Origin: Octopus sinensis
Taxonomy: Eukaryota
NCBI RefSeq assembly: GCF_006345805.1
Contig: NC_043022.1
Span: 20,522,001-20,586,000 of the forward strand
Length of the DNA: 64,000 bases
Direction of reading: 5' to 3'
Shown here piece by piece: positions 61,876 to 64,000 of this stretch. Under the pieces are notes generated by a model. That model made no database searches. It was given only the letters and a program-made list of their open reading frames with translations, and was not told where the DNA came from. The stretch's first letter is position 1, and each line of letters starts with the position of its first letter. The translations under genes were made by a program, and so were the position numbers.

Positions 61876-62153
61876 ATATATATATAGATATATATATATA
61901 TATATATATATTGGCCTGCTTGCTTAGCCAGCGGGGTGGCGTCATTTGAAGGCTAAAACAATGCGAAGCACATTATGACCAGCGATGTGTAGCAACATCT
62001 GATAGCTTGATATATATGTTTTTTTGACCCGGCTTTGACCTGGCTTTACACAAACAGCTAGCAGTCATCATGACAGCTGGCTTTGTCATTGCCTTTATTC
62101 ACCAAAAATACACATACACACACACACGCACGCACAAACACACTTGTCATCTT

Positions 62154-62186
<33 letters not shown>

Positions 62187-62474
62187 CATTCCTTTATTTG
62201 GAACTCTCTTGCATTATAAAACCATATTTCAGCTACCTTCAAATTCTGTTCTTTCAACATGTGATCTCTTAAGCACCACCAGCTCAAATATTTTCTCCTC
62301 TGTCTTCCCTCCTTGGGACCTTTCCTTCTCCTTGTTTCCGACGAAGAGCTCCGCTCGAAACGTTAAACCCTCCTCCCTTCTTTCCTGAGCGTCAATAATA
62401 CTTTAATTGTTCCACGTCCTGCGTTGCTGTGTTTTTTTTCTTTTTTTTCTGTGTTTTCTTGTTTGGATTAACTT

Positions 62475-62507
<33 letters not shown>

Positions 62508-62547
62508 TATATATAGATATATATATATATATATATTATATATATAG

Positions 62548-62592
<45 letters not shown>

Positions 62593-62623
62593 ATATATAT
62601 ATATATATTATATATATTATTTA

Positions 62624-62689
<66 letters not shown>

Positions 62690-63405
62690 TAATTTTGAAT
62701 AAAAGCAGTTCTAATAATATAGGATAGCAGCCTGGGAAGTGTTCCCTCTAAGACTAGGCATGGTAATTTACCTTCAAAATGACCAGAAATAGTAGATATT
62801 GATATTTCACTATCTTTCAACTGATCAGTACCATAGACTCGGCACATCACGAAGTGGACTGAATCGCTGGTCCGATACATATATGCAAAAAGTGTAGAGT
62901 CTATTTTCTGAATGCTGTGGCATAGTACAGGTGAAACAAACTTAAATTTTGAACACTCGTTGCCGTGAAGGGATGTTATCCCTGGGCGCTATCTCACAGA
63001 TAATGGGCAAATACACAAAATACATACACTATATATGTGATACAATATTGGAAACTTGTTCAAGGCTGGACAAGTGACCGGGACTGTTGGCAATTTGCGG
63101 TGCTTCAGAAGACACATCAAGTTTAGTGAAATTGTTGTCGTGGCCAGTGCCAGTGACACATAAAAGACACCCATGCCTGTGACACATAAGAGTCACCCTT
63201 GCTGGTGATATGTGAGAGGCACTCATGCCAGTGACACGCATGAAGTACCCGTATCGGTGGCGCTCTGTGGAGTGGTTGGTGTTAGGAAGGGCATCCAGCA
63301 GTAGAAACCAAGCCAAAACGGAAGATTAGAGTTTGGTGCAGCTCTCAGGGTTACCAATTCAAGTCAAACCATCCAGCACATTCCAGCATGAAAAACGGAC
63401 ACAAA

Positions 63406-63452
<47 letters not shown>

Positions 63453-63634
63453 ATAATTTACACACACACATAGATATATCATCAGCATCAGCATCGTTTA
63501 ATGTCGGCTTTCCATGTTGGCATGGGTGGGACAAAATATATAGATATATATATATTCTTGTAAACATTTGTATTTGTTGCAATGAACCAGTGTTAGAATT
63601 GAACCCCTAATTTTACCATTTAATTCCATTGCAG

Positions 63635-63790
63635 GAACTGCAAGTGTAGCAAGAGCTTGGACTGCAAATTTCAACACATTGGTTGACTATAAAATCTCCA
63701 ATTTCCTAAACTCCACCATGCCAATTCATGTTGATTTCATAGCGGAATATCCCGATTTCTTTGCGTTGGGCCTCGTGGCATTACTTACAG
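63635..63790 (+). CDS. SLC7A1/2-like: SLC7A/CAT gene 2 exon (TASVARAWTANFNTLVDYKISNFLNSTMPIHVDFIAEYPDFFALGLVALLT); gene continues beyond the window
   Basis: ccattgcag acceptor and GTAAGA donor; matches GTSSVARAWS...PD.FA. Confidence 0.95.
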
Positions 63791-63849
63791 GTAAGAAAAC
63801 TAAAAATCACTACACACCACGCGTTTTAAACTGACTATTTGCCTTGCAA

Positions 63850-63938
<89 letters not shown>

Positions 63939-64000
63939 TGTGTAATGTACTGATCCGTGTCAGAAAATTCAACCAAAAATGTACTCTGTCTGATGATCGA

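Overview
AT-rich, microsatellite- and SINE-dense eukaryotic genomic DNA. The repeat landscape looks like a coleoid cephalopod (Octopus-like); this is pattern recognition, not a database result. There is a 100-N scaffold gap at 34889-34988. Protein-coding content: (1) the last seven coding exons of a cationic amino acid transporter gene (SLC7A/CAT family) on + at 399-7595, whose terminal exon and 3' flank are duplicated in tandem (8719-8873); (2) a single-coding-exon rhodopsin-class peptide GPCR of the myosuppressin/DmsR/sex-peptide-receptor-like group on - at 23228-24280; (3) the first four coding exons of a second SLC7A/CAT paralog on + at 58640-63790. The rest is tRNA-derived SINEs (at least three families), mariner/Tc1/hAT/piggyBac MITEs, non-autonomous Helitrons, Penelope-like ends, minisatellites and microsatellites. 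Main discovery: the ~488-bp tandem array at 16201-19040 carries a type I hammerhead ribozyme motif in every unit. The units are highly structured, preceded by an inverted copy and embedded in (TA)n. This is the architecture of a non-LTR retrozyme, predicted to self-process into ~490-nt monomers or circles. At least four further sequence-distinct hammerhead motifs occur elsewhere, including one in sense orientation inside an SLC7A intron that is locked in a 48-bp hairpin by its own inverted copy. All structures were paired by eye; none has been folded computationally or tested.
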